A DNA stretch of 64,000 nt from Macrostomum lignano (lineage: Eukaryota): NCBI GenBank assembly GCA_002269645.1, contig NIVC01000218.1, forward strand, positions 1 to 64,000, read 5' to 3'. How positions within the stretch are numbered: position 1 is the stretch's first letter; each line of letters opens with the position of its first letter. The position numbers were made by a program, and so were the translations under genes. This document shows positions 1-27,083 of this stretch, one piece after another. The notes beneath the pieces were generated by a model. The model worked only from the letters and a program-made list of their open reading frames with translations. It did no database searches and was not told where the DNA came from.

Positions 1-2741
1 GGCGTCTTCGGCGGTGACGCGCGGTCAGACTGTTGCGACGGAGCATGTTCTGCGTGGCATAGACGGCCTGCACGCGCTCGCAACTTTCCTGGCATCACGG
101 CTTCGGATAATGGGGCCAAGCTGGTCGTACAGTTCGAACAGGCCGCAGTTCTTGGCTACCTTCAAGGCCAGGTCGCGTCCAGCATCGGTGCGTCTTAGAC
201 CGGCGGTCACTTCGGCGATGAACTCGCGGCGGAACTCTTCCGAGCTAGCGGCATGGATCCGTCGGGCCTCCCAGGGGGCGGCAGCGTCGCTCAGCGGCTG
301 CAGGTAGGGCTCGATACCGGCCTGCCGGCCATAGTACACGTTCACCATGGCGCCGAGGCTTAGCCAGGCAGCGGAGTAGATCGGCATCCGCTCGCGGTCA
401 TCAGCTTGGAGTGGAATTCGCTATCCTTCACCGTGTCGAGCACAACTCGTAGAGTGCGCAGCTGCACTTGCTGGTCATGCTGAGTTGGCAAAGATTGCCG
501 GGATGTGTTCGATGGACACGCCAGCCATCTGGCGATGTTAGTTGCGCTGGGCTGGCTGCTGGTCCTTCACCAGAGCCCTCACGATGCGCATCAGGAATTC
601 GTTGAGCCATGGTTGGCCACCTGCGGGCAGATGTCCATGATATAAAGTCGCGCAGGACAGGAGCTCCCTGAGAGCTGATTTGCTGGCAACGGCTTCAATG
701 TCTTCAACGCGCTTGAGGTGCAACCGCAGGATTCGAACGATTTGCTCCAGTGAGGGCATGTCAACCTCGCTACGGCGGTCGGTCATCCACAGTTTGCGGA
801 ACTGGCGAACGACCTGGTTGAGCATGGCTCTCGGTCGATGTTCCTGGCCTCCTGGGGGTAGAAAGACGGAGTCCCTCCGGCTGTTCTGTCAGGGACTCCA
901 GGGCTTCAACGTCAGAGGCGGAGATGTCGTCGCTGCCGATGAGTTTCAGCTTCTGCCTGCAAGGTGGGACGTGACGGCGAGTTTAGGGCGTGTCAAATGC
1001 TCGTCCGGTTGCATTCAGAAACTTCCTGGCATCATATGAAATTCAATCTTCAGGCGAATATTTACGGTAGCAGAGTGCACATTACAGTACTTACACGGAG
1101 AAGATCTTCTCAGTGCCGTGCTGGGAGTCGCTGCTCGGAGACAGGTGTGTGCACGGTGCGGGCCCAGCCCTTCCTAATCAGCGGGCTGGCTCGGTCGCCG
1201 CCCATTTCAACCAGGTACTGAGCCAGGTTGCTGACGCTAACTAGGTCGGAGCTGCGGCCCTTCTGGCTAGCTGACCGGAGGCTCTCGTGGTGCCGCAGGC
1301 CGTTCCACATGGCGGCCAGGCCGCGGCTGCCGTCCATGGGGTTGCGGCAGTTGTTGAAGTCGATGGACTTGGCGACACGGTAGACTGGCGAGTCGGACTC
1401 GTGTATTCGATCTGGTCGGCGGTGTAGAATGTCCGGCAGACTGCGGCGGTTGTCATCTGAAATTTCGGATTGTCGATTGATTTATCAAAGCTTAAGATTG
1501 ACTTCGTCTATATTTATCTGTATCTCTTCCTAGTATTATCCAATCAGTACCCATTTTAACTATAGAACTGTTCCTCCATAGCTAGAAGCTAATTATGAAT
1601 ATCATTGTACTTGAATTTTCTCTTCACTAAACCAAGTTACGGTTGCTGCTAAACTACTGCGACTATCTAAATTCGAGTCATTGACAACAAGCGAGCTTCT
1701 TCACCTCGTCCTGCTCCTTTGTCCACTGGCCGTTCTCCATTTGGGCGCTAGGGATTTTCGGGACGAAGTCTACCTGCAGCATGCTCAGGAAGCCCTTCTT
1801 GATGTTGACGCTCCAGAATGGCTCGGCCTCGTTGAACAGCACCTTGGCAACCTTCTGCTCCCGAGAGCGCAGCAGGACAGCGAACGGCTGCTTGAGAGCC
1901 CGCTCCACCTGCGCCCACATCAGGGGGTCCTCCAGGTTGCGGAACTCGGCCATTGGCAGCATCGTCTTCGGCAGCTGCTCCGTGGCGTTGATCCTCTGTC
2001 GGAGGTTCACCTCGGTGAAGGTCACCGTCCATTTCTCGGCGCCGGCGACTGCGGAAGCCGCGCCGTCAGTGCGCATCTGGACGCGGAAGCGCATGCGGAC
2101 AGTGCTGAACTGGCCACTGACCTCCTCGATGCCGCTGCCAATCTGGGCATCGTACTGGTACTCCAGCTGCCTGGGCGTGCCGGCCCGCAGCTGCCCGGCT
2201 GGCGGAGACTTGCCGAGGCTGTAAAAGTAAAAAACCAACTAAGAGAATTTTTCCTGCCTTACACTTGCTTTTCTACTTGCAGTAAGCTATTCGGACAGGA
2301 CGGATAGGACTTAAGTTAAACAAAATGCAACGGTTTTTCTTAAAGCAAGGGACTGTATACACCTTGGCGCACTTCAAGCGACAATTTTACAACCGGCGAG
2401 AGGCATTGCTGCCCATTCCGCCGACTCCCCTGAGCAGGCACACAAGCTCGCGATACGTACGCAGTCAAACGCACAGGCACACACTCACACAGGAGTGTAC
2501 AGCGGCCCTAACTTTATTTATCGTTAGCATGTACACTGCACTATGCCTTGGGGGTTGGCCATCAAAGGCGTTAATTGCACGAGCAGAGCCAAGCCGAGAT
2601 TCCAATTCAGCCAAATTAATGTGACTGCACTTGGAATCGAGCCTGGTCGCTGGCACATCAGAGCGCCGCGCTAGACACTGAGCAGAAGCAACAAAACTTA
2701 CCGGCAAGGCCTACGCAGGCCAATAGAAACAGCAGCTTCAT
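1..2741 (-). pseudogene. Large lipid transfer protein (vitellogenin/apolipophorin-like, Vitellogenin_N domain), 5' part; frameshifted. Exons 2741-2702, 2218-1705, 1456-1095, 956-<1
   Basis: Exon 1 encodes a signal peptide MKLLFLLACVGLA followed by GTAAGT. Later segments match LLTP motifs from memory: QLEYQYDAQI, WSVNIKKGFLSMLQV, E|MTTAAVCRTFY, VAKSIDFNNC, FSV|QKLKLIG, AAWLSLGAMVN, LALKVAKNCG. All introns are GT-AG. At least six frame changes are needed to join the motifs, so it is a pseudogene or contains consensus errors. Confidence 0.8.
2359..2685 (-). mobile_element. tRNA-derived SINE, family S1, in intron 1 of the LLTP gene
   Basis: Reverse-complement match to the copies at 25846, 38872 and 58719; degenerate tRNA-like head with a GGCTCGATTCC B box. 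Confidence 0.75.
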
Positions 2742-3263
2742 GGCTGAGTTGTTGTCAAGCTGAGTTATATTTGTCGTCCTGTCTCAGTTAACCAATGATT
2801 TATATTGATTGCCACCAATCTGGGGCTTTGTTGAGTCTGATAGCTGAAAATCTGGCTCACTTTTATAGACTTCAGCCTGCAGTCATATCTGGGGGGGGTG
2901 GCTTTGGGGTCGAAATTTTCGATTGGTTTTTTTCAATTACAAAATCTTGTCAGCATTTTTTGCGCGAAAATCAGCAACCGGGCTTGGCCTGAAGTGTGCT
3001 GCATCAGCAGAAATGATTCAGCCCCCCCCCGCTCATGATCTTTCAGCATTAGCCAGTCAAGTTCACAATCTTTCTAGACTGTAGTGCATTTGAACTCTTT
3101 CTCTGGCAGACGTTAGATAAGCTGCTTTGCCAACTGCTCATAGTTCACGTGTGAACTGAAACTTTGCTGTCTAACAAAATACAGATTTCAATGCTGCAGT
3201 GTTTCCCAACTGCCTAAAATTCCACTTTCGTTTGCATTGGTAAAAACATGACAGGAAAATGGG

Positions 3264-3770
3264 CTCTCCTTCCGTGCTTCCCTCTCTCCTTCCGTGCTTC
3301 CATCTCTCCTTCCATGCCCTCTCTCCTTCCGTGCTTCCCTCTCTCCTTCCGTGCTCCTCTCTCCTTCCGTGCTTCCTCTCTCCTTCCGTGCTTCCATCTC
3401 TCCTTCCATGCTTCCCTCTCTTCCGTGCTTCTCCTCTTTTCCCTCTCTCCTTCCGTGCTTCCCTCTCTCCTTCCGTGCTCCCTCTCTCCTCTCTCTGCTT
3501 CCCTCTCTCCTTCCCTCTTCCTTCTTCCGTGTTCCCTTCTCCTTCCGTGCTTCCTCCTCCTTCCTTCCTTCGCGTGCTTCCCTCCTCTTCCGTGCTTCCA
3601 TCTCTCCTTCCGTGCTTCCATTTCTCCTTCCGTGCTTCCATTTCTCCTTCCGTGCTTCCCTATCTCCTCCCTGCTTCCCTATCTGCTCCCCTGCTTCCCT
3701 CTCTCCTTCCGTGCTTTCCTATCTCCTCCCCTGCTTCCCTCTCTCCTTCCGTGCTTCCCTCTCTCCTCCC
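3264..3770. repeat. Pyrimidine-rich minisatellite, about 21-bp unit CTTCCGTGCTTCCCTCTCTC
   Basis: Visible tandem array; the overlapping ORFs are low-complexity artefacts. Confidence 0.9.
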
Positions 3771-3834
3771 TACTTCTTTCTTCTTTTAGCTACCATTATT
3801 ATCGTTGTTCTTTCATTTTTCTCTTCTCTTCCCG

Positions 3835-5060
3835 ATCCTCCTTCCCTGCTCTCCCTGCTCTTCTTATTCTTCTCGCCCTGATCCTCTTCCCATTCTCTCT
3901 GATCCTCTTCTCCTTCCCACCCCTGATCCTCTTCCCCTTCTGTCACCTGATCCCCCTGATCCTCTTCCCTTCTGTCACCTGATCCCCTGATCCTCTTCCC
4001 CTTCTCTCACCTGATCCCCCTGATCCTCTCCCCTTCTCCCACCTGATCTCCTGATCCTCTCCCCTTCTCTCACCTGATCCCCTGATCCTCTCCCCTTCTC
4101 TCACCTGATCCCCCTGATCCTCTCCCATTCTCCCACCTGATCCCCTGATCCTCTTCCCCTTCTCTCACCTGATCCTCTTCCCCTTCTGTCACCTGATCCC
4201 CCTGATCCTCTTCCCCTTCTGTCACCTGATCCCCCTGATCCTCTTCCCTTCTGTCACCTGATCCCCCTGATCCTCTTCCCCTTCTGTCACCTGATCCCCC
4301 TGATCCTCTTCCCCTTCTCACCTGATCCCCTGATCCTCTCCCCTTCTCTCACCTGATCCCCCTGATCCTCTTCCCCTTCTCTCACCTGATCCCCTGATCC
4401 TCTCCCCTTCTCCCACCTGATCCCCTGATCCTCTCCCCTTCTCCCACCTGATCCCCTGATCCTCTCCCCTTCTCTCACCTGATCCCCTGATCCTCTCCCC
4501 TTCTCTCACCTGATCCCCCTGATCCTCTCCCATTCTCCCACCTGATCCCCCTGATCTTCTTCCCCTTCCCACCCTAATCCTCTTCCCCTTCTGTCACCTG
4601 ATCCCCCTGATCCTCTTCCCTTCTGTCACCTGATCCCCCTGATCCTCTTCCCCTTCTGTCACCTGATCCCCCTGATCCTCTTCCCCTTCTCCCACCTGAT
4701 CCCCTGATCCTCTCCCCTTCTCTCACCTGATCCCCTGATCCTCTCCCCTTCTCTCACCTGATCCCCTGATCCTCTCCCCTTCTCTCACCTGATCCCCCTG
4801 ATCCTCTTCCCCTTCTCTCACCTGATCCCCTGATCCTCTTTCCCTTCTCTCACCTGATCCCCCTGATCCTCTCCCCTTCTCCCACCTGATCCCCTGATCC
4901 TCTCCCCTTCTCTCACCTGATCCCCTGATCCTCTCCCCTTCTCTCACCTGATCCCCCTGATCCCCCTGATCCTCTTCCCCTTCTCTCACCTGATCCCCTG
5001 ATCCTCTTCTCCTTCTCTCACCTGATCCCCTGATCCTCTTCTCCTTCTCTTCCTTCCTTT
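3835..5060. repeat. Minisatellite, about 32-bp unit CCTGATCCTCTCCCCTTCTCTCACCTGATCCC
   Basis: Visible tandem array. Confidence 0.9.
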
Positions 5061-5879
5061 CCCGCACTCTTCCCCTTCCCCTCATCTTGAGCTCCATCTG
5101 GCAAGAAAAGCGCAGAGTCAATTAAGAAGTTATTAAAAGTTGAAATTCGGTTGAAGTGCATGGACTTCAACGCGCGGACTAAATAGTGCATCTGAACTAA
5201 TAATTAATCTCTTAAGTTTTCAGTGCAAGCAAACAACTAGCTGACAGATAGCAGAGAAGTTGTTGTTTTTCCAAGAGTCTCTGCTGTCTTAGCAGAGCCA
5301 GAGCACTGTCTCACATGAGCTGAGCACAGTGCTCCGGCGACCCCCGCCACAGATCGAAGCCTTGACCCATGGCTACACGAACAGACACGGAAAGACATGG
5401 CTGATAACATCCAGGCTGCTAAGGTCCGTTGGGAGCTGATCTGCCGCGTGGAAGAGGAAAACATGCGATGGAACTTGAAGCCAAAAAGAGGATCTATAAG
5501 TGCTTCGTTTGACAATGCCAGGAGGTCAGCTGCGCTGCTGGGGACACAAAGTGCTCGGCATGGGTTGGGCATCAATTATGAATGCGCGCTTTTTTATCGG
5601 AGCTTGAGCTCCAATTTAGGATTTGGAATCAAAAAGTCTGCTCCCTTAATTCAATGATGCATAGTAAAAGTTTCAATTTCAATTCAATTTTGATTGATTA
5701 GTAGGAAAAGCTTTTGTAGCAAATAACGCATTTTTAAATAATCGCTGGAAATGAAAAATTCATGAAATTCATGTCAATATTTAAGCAATTTTTGTCTGGA
5801 AATGTCTGCCTAAATTTATCGGGGCATTAAATCCGCTATAATTGATGGACACAGAGGAGCCAGAGAAAGGAAAACTGAG

Positions 5880-6720
5880 GGGAGATTGAGGGGGGAAACA
5901 GAGAGGAGGAGACAGAGAGGGGGAGACAGAGAGGGGGAGACAGAGGGGGAGACAGAGAGGGGGACAGAGAGGGGGGGACAGAGAGGGGAGACAGAGAGGG
6001 GGAGACAGAGAGGGGGAGACAGAGAGGGGGAGAAAGAGAGGAGGAGACAGAGAGGGGAGACAGAGAGGGGGAGACAGAGAGAGGGAGACAGAGAGGGGGA
6101 GACAGAGAGGGGGAGACAGAGAGGGGGAGAAAGAGAGGGGGAGAAAGAGAGGGGGAGAAAGAGAGGAGGAGACAGAGAGGGGAGACAGAGAGGGGGAGAC
6201 AGAGAGGGGGAGACAGAGAGGGGGAGACAGAGAGGGGGAGACAGAGAGGGGGAGACAGAGAGGGAGAGAGGGGGAGACAGAGAGGGGGAGACAGAGAGGG
6301 GGAGACAGAGAGGGGAGACAGAGAGGGGGAGACAGAGAGGGGGAGACAGAGAGGGGGAGACAGAGAGGAGGAGACAGAGAGGGGGAGAAAGAGAGGGGGA
6401 GACAGAGAGGGGGAGACAGAGAGGGGAGAAAGAGAGGAGGAGAAAGAGAGGAGGAGACAGAGAGGGGGAGACAGAGAGGAGGAGACAGAGAGGAGGAGAC
6501 AGAGAGGGGGAGACAGAGAGGGGGAGAAAGAGAGGGGGAGACAGAGAGGGGGAGAAAGAGAGGAGGAGACAGAGAGGAGGAGACAGAGAGGGGGAGACAG
6601 AGAGGGGGAGACAGAGAGGGGGAGAAAGAGAGGAGGAGACAGAGGAGGAGACAGAGGGGGGAAACAGAAAGGGAGGAACTGGGAACTGAGAGGGGAGACA
6701 GGAAAGATGAAGAGGCAAAA
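5880..6720. repeat. GA-rich minisatellite (GAGGGGGAGACAGA-type, 14-16 bp)
   Basis: Visible tandem array. Confidence 0.9.
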
Positions 6721-7315
6721 GCATATGGGGAGAGTGGAAGAGAGATTAACAGGGGTAGGCAAAGAGAGACAGGAGAGCAATGCAAGCTGTATTTTATGTG
6801 TTTATAAGAAAATGAGATCTCATACACAGACAGATAACCAGTTAAAATAATGACTATGATCAAACGCAAACTCTGTACACAGACACGACACTTCAGCTTT
6901 TCAAATGATTAGGTCGCCTCAATTGTGCCTTGTTGTAGATTGACATTGCTTTGTTATTTTTCTAGGAAAATATGCTCTGCAGCCGGATGCTACATGTAGG
7001 TGCTGAACAATGCAAATTGAGATTGGGGGTGCATAAAAGCTAGATTTAATTCGGAACCAAGAAGCTGCAAACCTCTACGGCAGCTTCCGATCGTCTAAAG
7101 ACGATTTGGTGAGGATTGAAGAAATTATTTGCAACGAAGCATTAACAAAAAGCAAAAGGTTCGAGCCGTGGTAATGGAAATGGTGAGCGATCAGAGATTA
7201 TTTGCGATTTCACCGCTGATAGGGGCGCCAATGTGTCGGGTGTGAAATAGATGCACAGCTACGAGTATGGTGATCAACTGCAAAATCAACAACTGGAATC
7301 AAACCAATGCAACCG

Positions 7316-7810
7316 GAGTCACGTGATCAATGCTGAGACAGCAGTTCAGTCCAGAGTCACGTGATCAATGCTGAGACAGCAGTTCAGTCCAGAGTCACGT
7401 GATCAATGCTGAGACAGCAGTTCAGTCCAGAGTCACGTGATCAATGCTGAGACAGCAGTTCAGTCCAGAGTCACGTGATCAATGCTGAGACAGCAGTTCA
7501 GTCCAGAGTCACGTGATCAATGCTGAGACAGCAGTTCAGTCCAGAGTCACGTGATCAATGCTGAGACAGCAGTTCAGTCCAGAGTCACGTGATCAATGCT
7601 GAGACAGCAGTTCAGTCCAGAGTCACGTGATCAATGCTGAGACAGCAGTTCAGTCCAGAGTCACGTGATCAATGCTGAGACAGCAGTTCAGTCCAGAGTC
7701 ACGTGATCAATGCTGAGACAGCAGTTCAGTCCAGAGTCACGTGATCAATGCTGAGACAGCAGTTCAGTCCAGAGTCACGTGATCAATGCTGAGACAGCAG
7801 TTCAGTCCAG
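7316..7810. repeat. Near-perfect 38-bp tandem repeat, about 13 copies, just downstream of the eag stop codon
   Basis: Unit AGAGTCACGTGATCAATGCTGAGACAGCAGTTCAGTCC; period 38 (7321 to 7359); no spacers. Confidence 0.95.
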
Positions 7811-7829
7811 TGAAGACTGGCGAGGCCAA

Positions 7830-23755
<15,926 letters not shown>

Positions 23756-25264
23756 ATCTAAGCCAATTCAGTCTCTAACGTGATAAATAACAATGGAGGG
23801 CGATCAGTTTCCAAGCGGAACGGACAGTCGAACAGGCGGTCTTGTCGGCGACATCGAACGGCAGTTGCGGCATTGTTCCAGCGGCAGAACACCGGACCAA
23901 TTAGAGCTCGGGCGCTAAAGGAAACGCCAGCAGCTCGTTCACTTCCACTATATGTAAGCAGCGATTCCTTTTATAGAGAGTAAAGAAGGTTATAAAGTGC
24001 AGTGCAGCGAACGGCGGAAGGCGATTCCTTTATTATTCCGTCCAATAGGGAGTAGCAGTCTTTAACTTGAAAAGATTTTCGCTTTGTATAAAAATCGATA
24101 AATTCCCAGCTATAGAATAATGGATAGTGCTAGACTTGGACAGGTGAATAAACAATAAACAGGGAATACACAATTGAAGAAGAGAGAATTGAGAGGCTTT
24201 TTCAGGCGTTTGGCACCTGCCGAGCCTCTGCGCTAAAATTGGTCGGGAAGGGGACGGAGTTGAGCAGACACGTCAGTAAAACTGAGCCATTTTGAGCTGC
24301 TGCTGCTGTATTTAAGGCCTTGGCTATGCGGCACTGGGACTGGCCCGGCCATGCACTGCTCCCGCGGGTCTCACCAGTTGGGACCAATTGGGACCCGACC
24401 TCCCAAGCCTCTGCCAGCCAGCCAGACTGTTCCGCGCTCCATGGTCCCGCAATTAGCAATTGAAAATTGGCGACTCAATTTTGCTCGGATAAATCAAAGG
24501 GGGCAGGCGAGCTCGGGGGCTGGCGCGCGTAGGGCTTTGAGCATTCTCATGCTCGAACTCTATGATGCACGATTGCACTGGCACTGCCAGTAGATGAACT
24601 TGAAACGGACCAGTTCAAGAGCATCAAATATGGCTATATATTTAACTTTTATATCAATACGAAAGTTACGGAAATCAGCCTGCGCTGATGGCCAGCCGTC
24701 ATCATGCCATCAAGGACCACTGTAGTAGAAGGACTCTGCACTGCTGCTTTGTCTTCACCTGAAATATTTAATTGCCTACTGAGAGCTCCGAATGCATCAC
24801 AGAAGAAAGCAACGGGCAGAAAAGTGAGCAGTTGTGACACAAACTTATACACTTATACAAAAAACATTAAGCCGCGAGTGCAGACTCGTACTACAGTGGT
24901 CCATGCGTGCCCGCAGCAACTTCCACCCCGAAACCAGTACTTTTCTCAGGTCTTAGCTCCAAGTGACGCAATTCACGTGTCTCAACAGCTTAGGCTGGTG
25001 AGGATCCAGAGTGGAAAGTCAAGGCTTCAGTTGGATTAAAACTGCCACTTGTTGACCACTGGCTGGTTTCAAAGTGGAAACTTTAGCATGTCGCTGATCT
25101 ATTAAAAAAACTACATCCAATCGCGTCAGATCGCAAACTTGGGTTACAAAGTACTCATGTAGGAATTTATTCATGTAGAATTCTTGGCTTTGTCCCCCCA
25201 CCATCAGACTGCATGCCAAGCCTGCTGATCAAGGCTCTGCTGGTTAAAAGACAATCAAGTAGAG

Positions 25265-25520
25265 CAGGGGTCGGCAAACTCTGGATTGCGCGGGCCACTG
25301 CGGCTCGCGAAGCCTCTCTATCCGGCCCTCGGTCCTTTGAAACCTCACAATAGCAATTCGGCCCGCTGAAGGTTTGTCTCTTCTCAGCTCTCTTAATTAG
25401 CCCCTCGCCTCTCCTTTCTCCTATCTCTCTTCTCTATTCACTCTCCTCTCTCTCCTCTGGCCCGCAGTAATGCGTTAGGTTCTCTACCTGGCCATTGAGG
25501 TAAAAGTTTTCCGATCTCTG
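25265..25520. mobile_element. hAT-type MITE, 256 bp
   Basis: Termini CAGGGGTCGGCAAACT...AGTTTTCCGATCTCTG; 8-bp TSD AAGTAGAG at 25257-25264 and 25521-25528. Confidence 0.85.
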
Positions 25521-25845
25521 AAGTAGAGGATTTCAAAGCAGGTTTACTCAACAACATTAAAAAGTCGCCACCTTTGACAGTGCGCAGTAAATTCCAGCTT
25601 AGTATTGACTTTTGAGTGACGCAACTTGCGCCACGCGACGCAGAGCTGGGCTGGGTGAGGAGGGATTGGGAAGAGCAGAGGGCGAAGACTGGATAGATTG
25701 AAGCTTCCGCCCGGTTTTCATTGTTTTTTTCTAGAATTTTTAAAAATCAAAATGGTTGGCCAGGTGATAAACACTGGTTGCAAAACATTGCTCACTGGGG
25801 CAAAGACTGCGACTTTTCAATGTTGCTGAGTATATTCTGACCGCA

Positions 25846-26215
25846 GGGGCGCCGTAATCTAGCGGTCTAGCGCGGCGCTCTGATGTGCCACGGTCGAGGT
25901 TCGATTCCAAGTGCAGTCACATTAATTCGGGGCTAAATTGGAATCTCGGCTTGGCTCTGCTTGTGCAATTAACCGCTCAGCTTGAGGGCCAACCCGTAAG
26001 TCACAGTGAAGTGTACATGCCTAACGATAAATAAAGTTAGGGCCGTTGTACACTCCTGTGTGAGTGTGTGCCTGTGCGTATGACTGCGTACGTATCCGCG
26101 AGCTTGTGTGCCTGCTCAGGGGAGTCGGCGGAATGGGCAGCAATGCCTCTCGCCAGTTGTGTGACAATGTCGCTTAAAGTGCGCCAGGGTGCACACAGCG
26201 CCCTGCCTCTGATGA
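25846..26215 (+). mobile_element. tRNA-derived SINE, family S1
   Basis: Head GGGGCGCCGTAATCTAGCGGTCTAGCGCGG...GGTTCGATTCC; four copies in the window. Confidence 0.8.
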
Positions 26216-27083
26216 AAATTTTTTTGACCGCAGAACTTCATTTCTACATTTGGTGCTGATTTTAAAAGAAATTATTAATTTATTATCCACTGCGATTGCC
26301 TTTACTAGCTATCGTCGAATGCAGTTCTATAGCAGTGGATGGGGGCTCTAGACTAGACTAAAAAGTTCCCTTAACGAATTTATGCTCATCTGAGTTTCAA
26401 ATTAGCCGCATGTCGTGTACCAATTTTAATTGACCCTTAATACGAGTACTAACCGCCAAAGTACAGTCAAAGCCGTGCTCAGACACATAAATCAATAATT
26501 AATAAATAAGCAACCAAATAGTTTACAATTATGTATAAAACACGCGATAAGCTGATTGCGAACAATAACGAATGCTGTTTTTATTAGAGTTGCAACTTAT
26601 GAAATGTTTAGCAATAAAAAGCTGACAGGAAGTCATGCCTAAGCACCAGTTGAAAAGTACAGTCACACACAATAGACAGCGGGCCACAGCATATTAGCTA
26701 AATGTGATGATATTTTAGATACAATAACAAAATAGATTGAAAAACTGGAAATGCTAGCTTGTTAAAAAAGTATTGAAATAATTACTTTATCATTGCTGCT
26801 AAATGCAAGCACAGCAAATAATGCGACACACCAATAAAACGAAGGTAACATTGTTTTACAAAAATAGAATGAATATATAAGAGAGACCAAATCGAGAACA
26901 ATGATTGCACAAACACAGGAGAAATGGCATTATTTAGCTAGCTAATAAAAATGTAGGACAAAAAAGTCCCGACAACACTCAAAAGCTACTATAAGTAGAC
27001 AAGTAGCAGTTTACACGATATACTGATTAAAAATACAAAAATAAGTGATTGGTGAAGATCAGTGACCAGCGATCGGATTCCAC

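Noticed and set aside
5397-5657. 86-aa plus-strand ORF
   Set aside because: No recognisable domain or clear splice structure; may be a decayed exon or TE fragment.
3171-6869. Long ORFs in the TC- and GA-rich arrays
   Set aside because: Low-complexity translations of tandem repeats, open in several frames.
7316-7810. CRISPR-like regular repeats (also 27473-28853 and the other arrays)
   Set aside because: No unique spacers, no cas genes, eukaryotic intron context.
25846-25915. tRNA gene (also other SINE heads)
   Set aside because: A and B boxes are present, but I could not fold a full cloverleaf and each head continues into a repeated SINE body.
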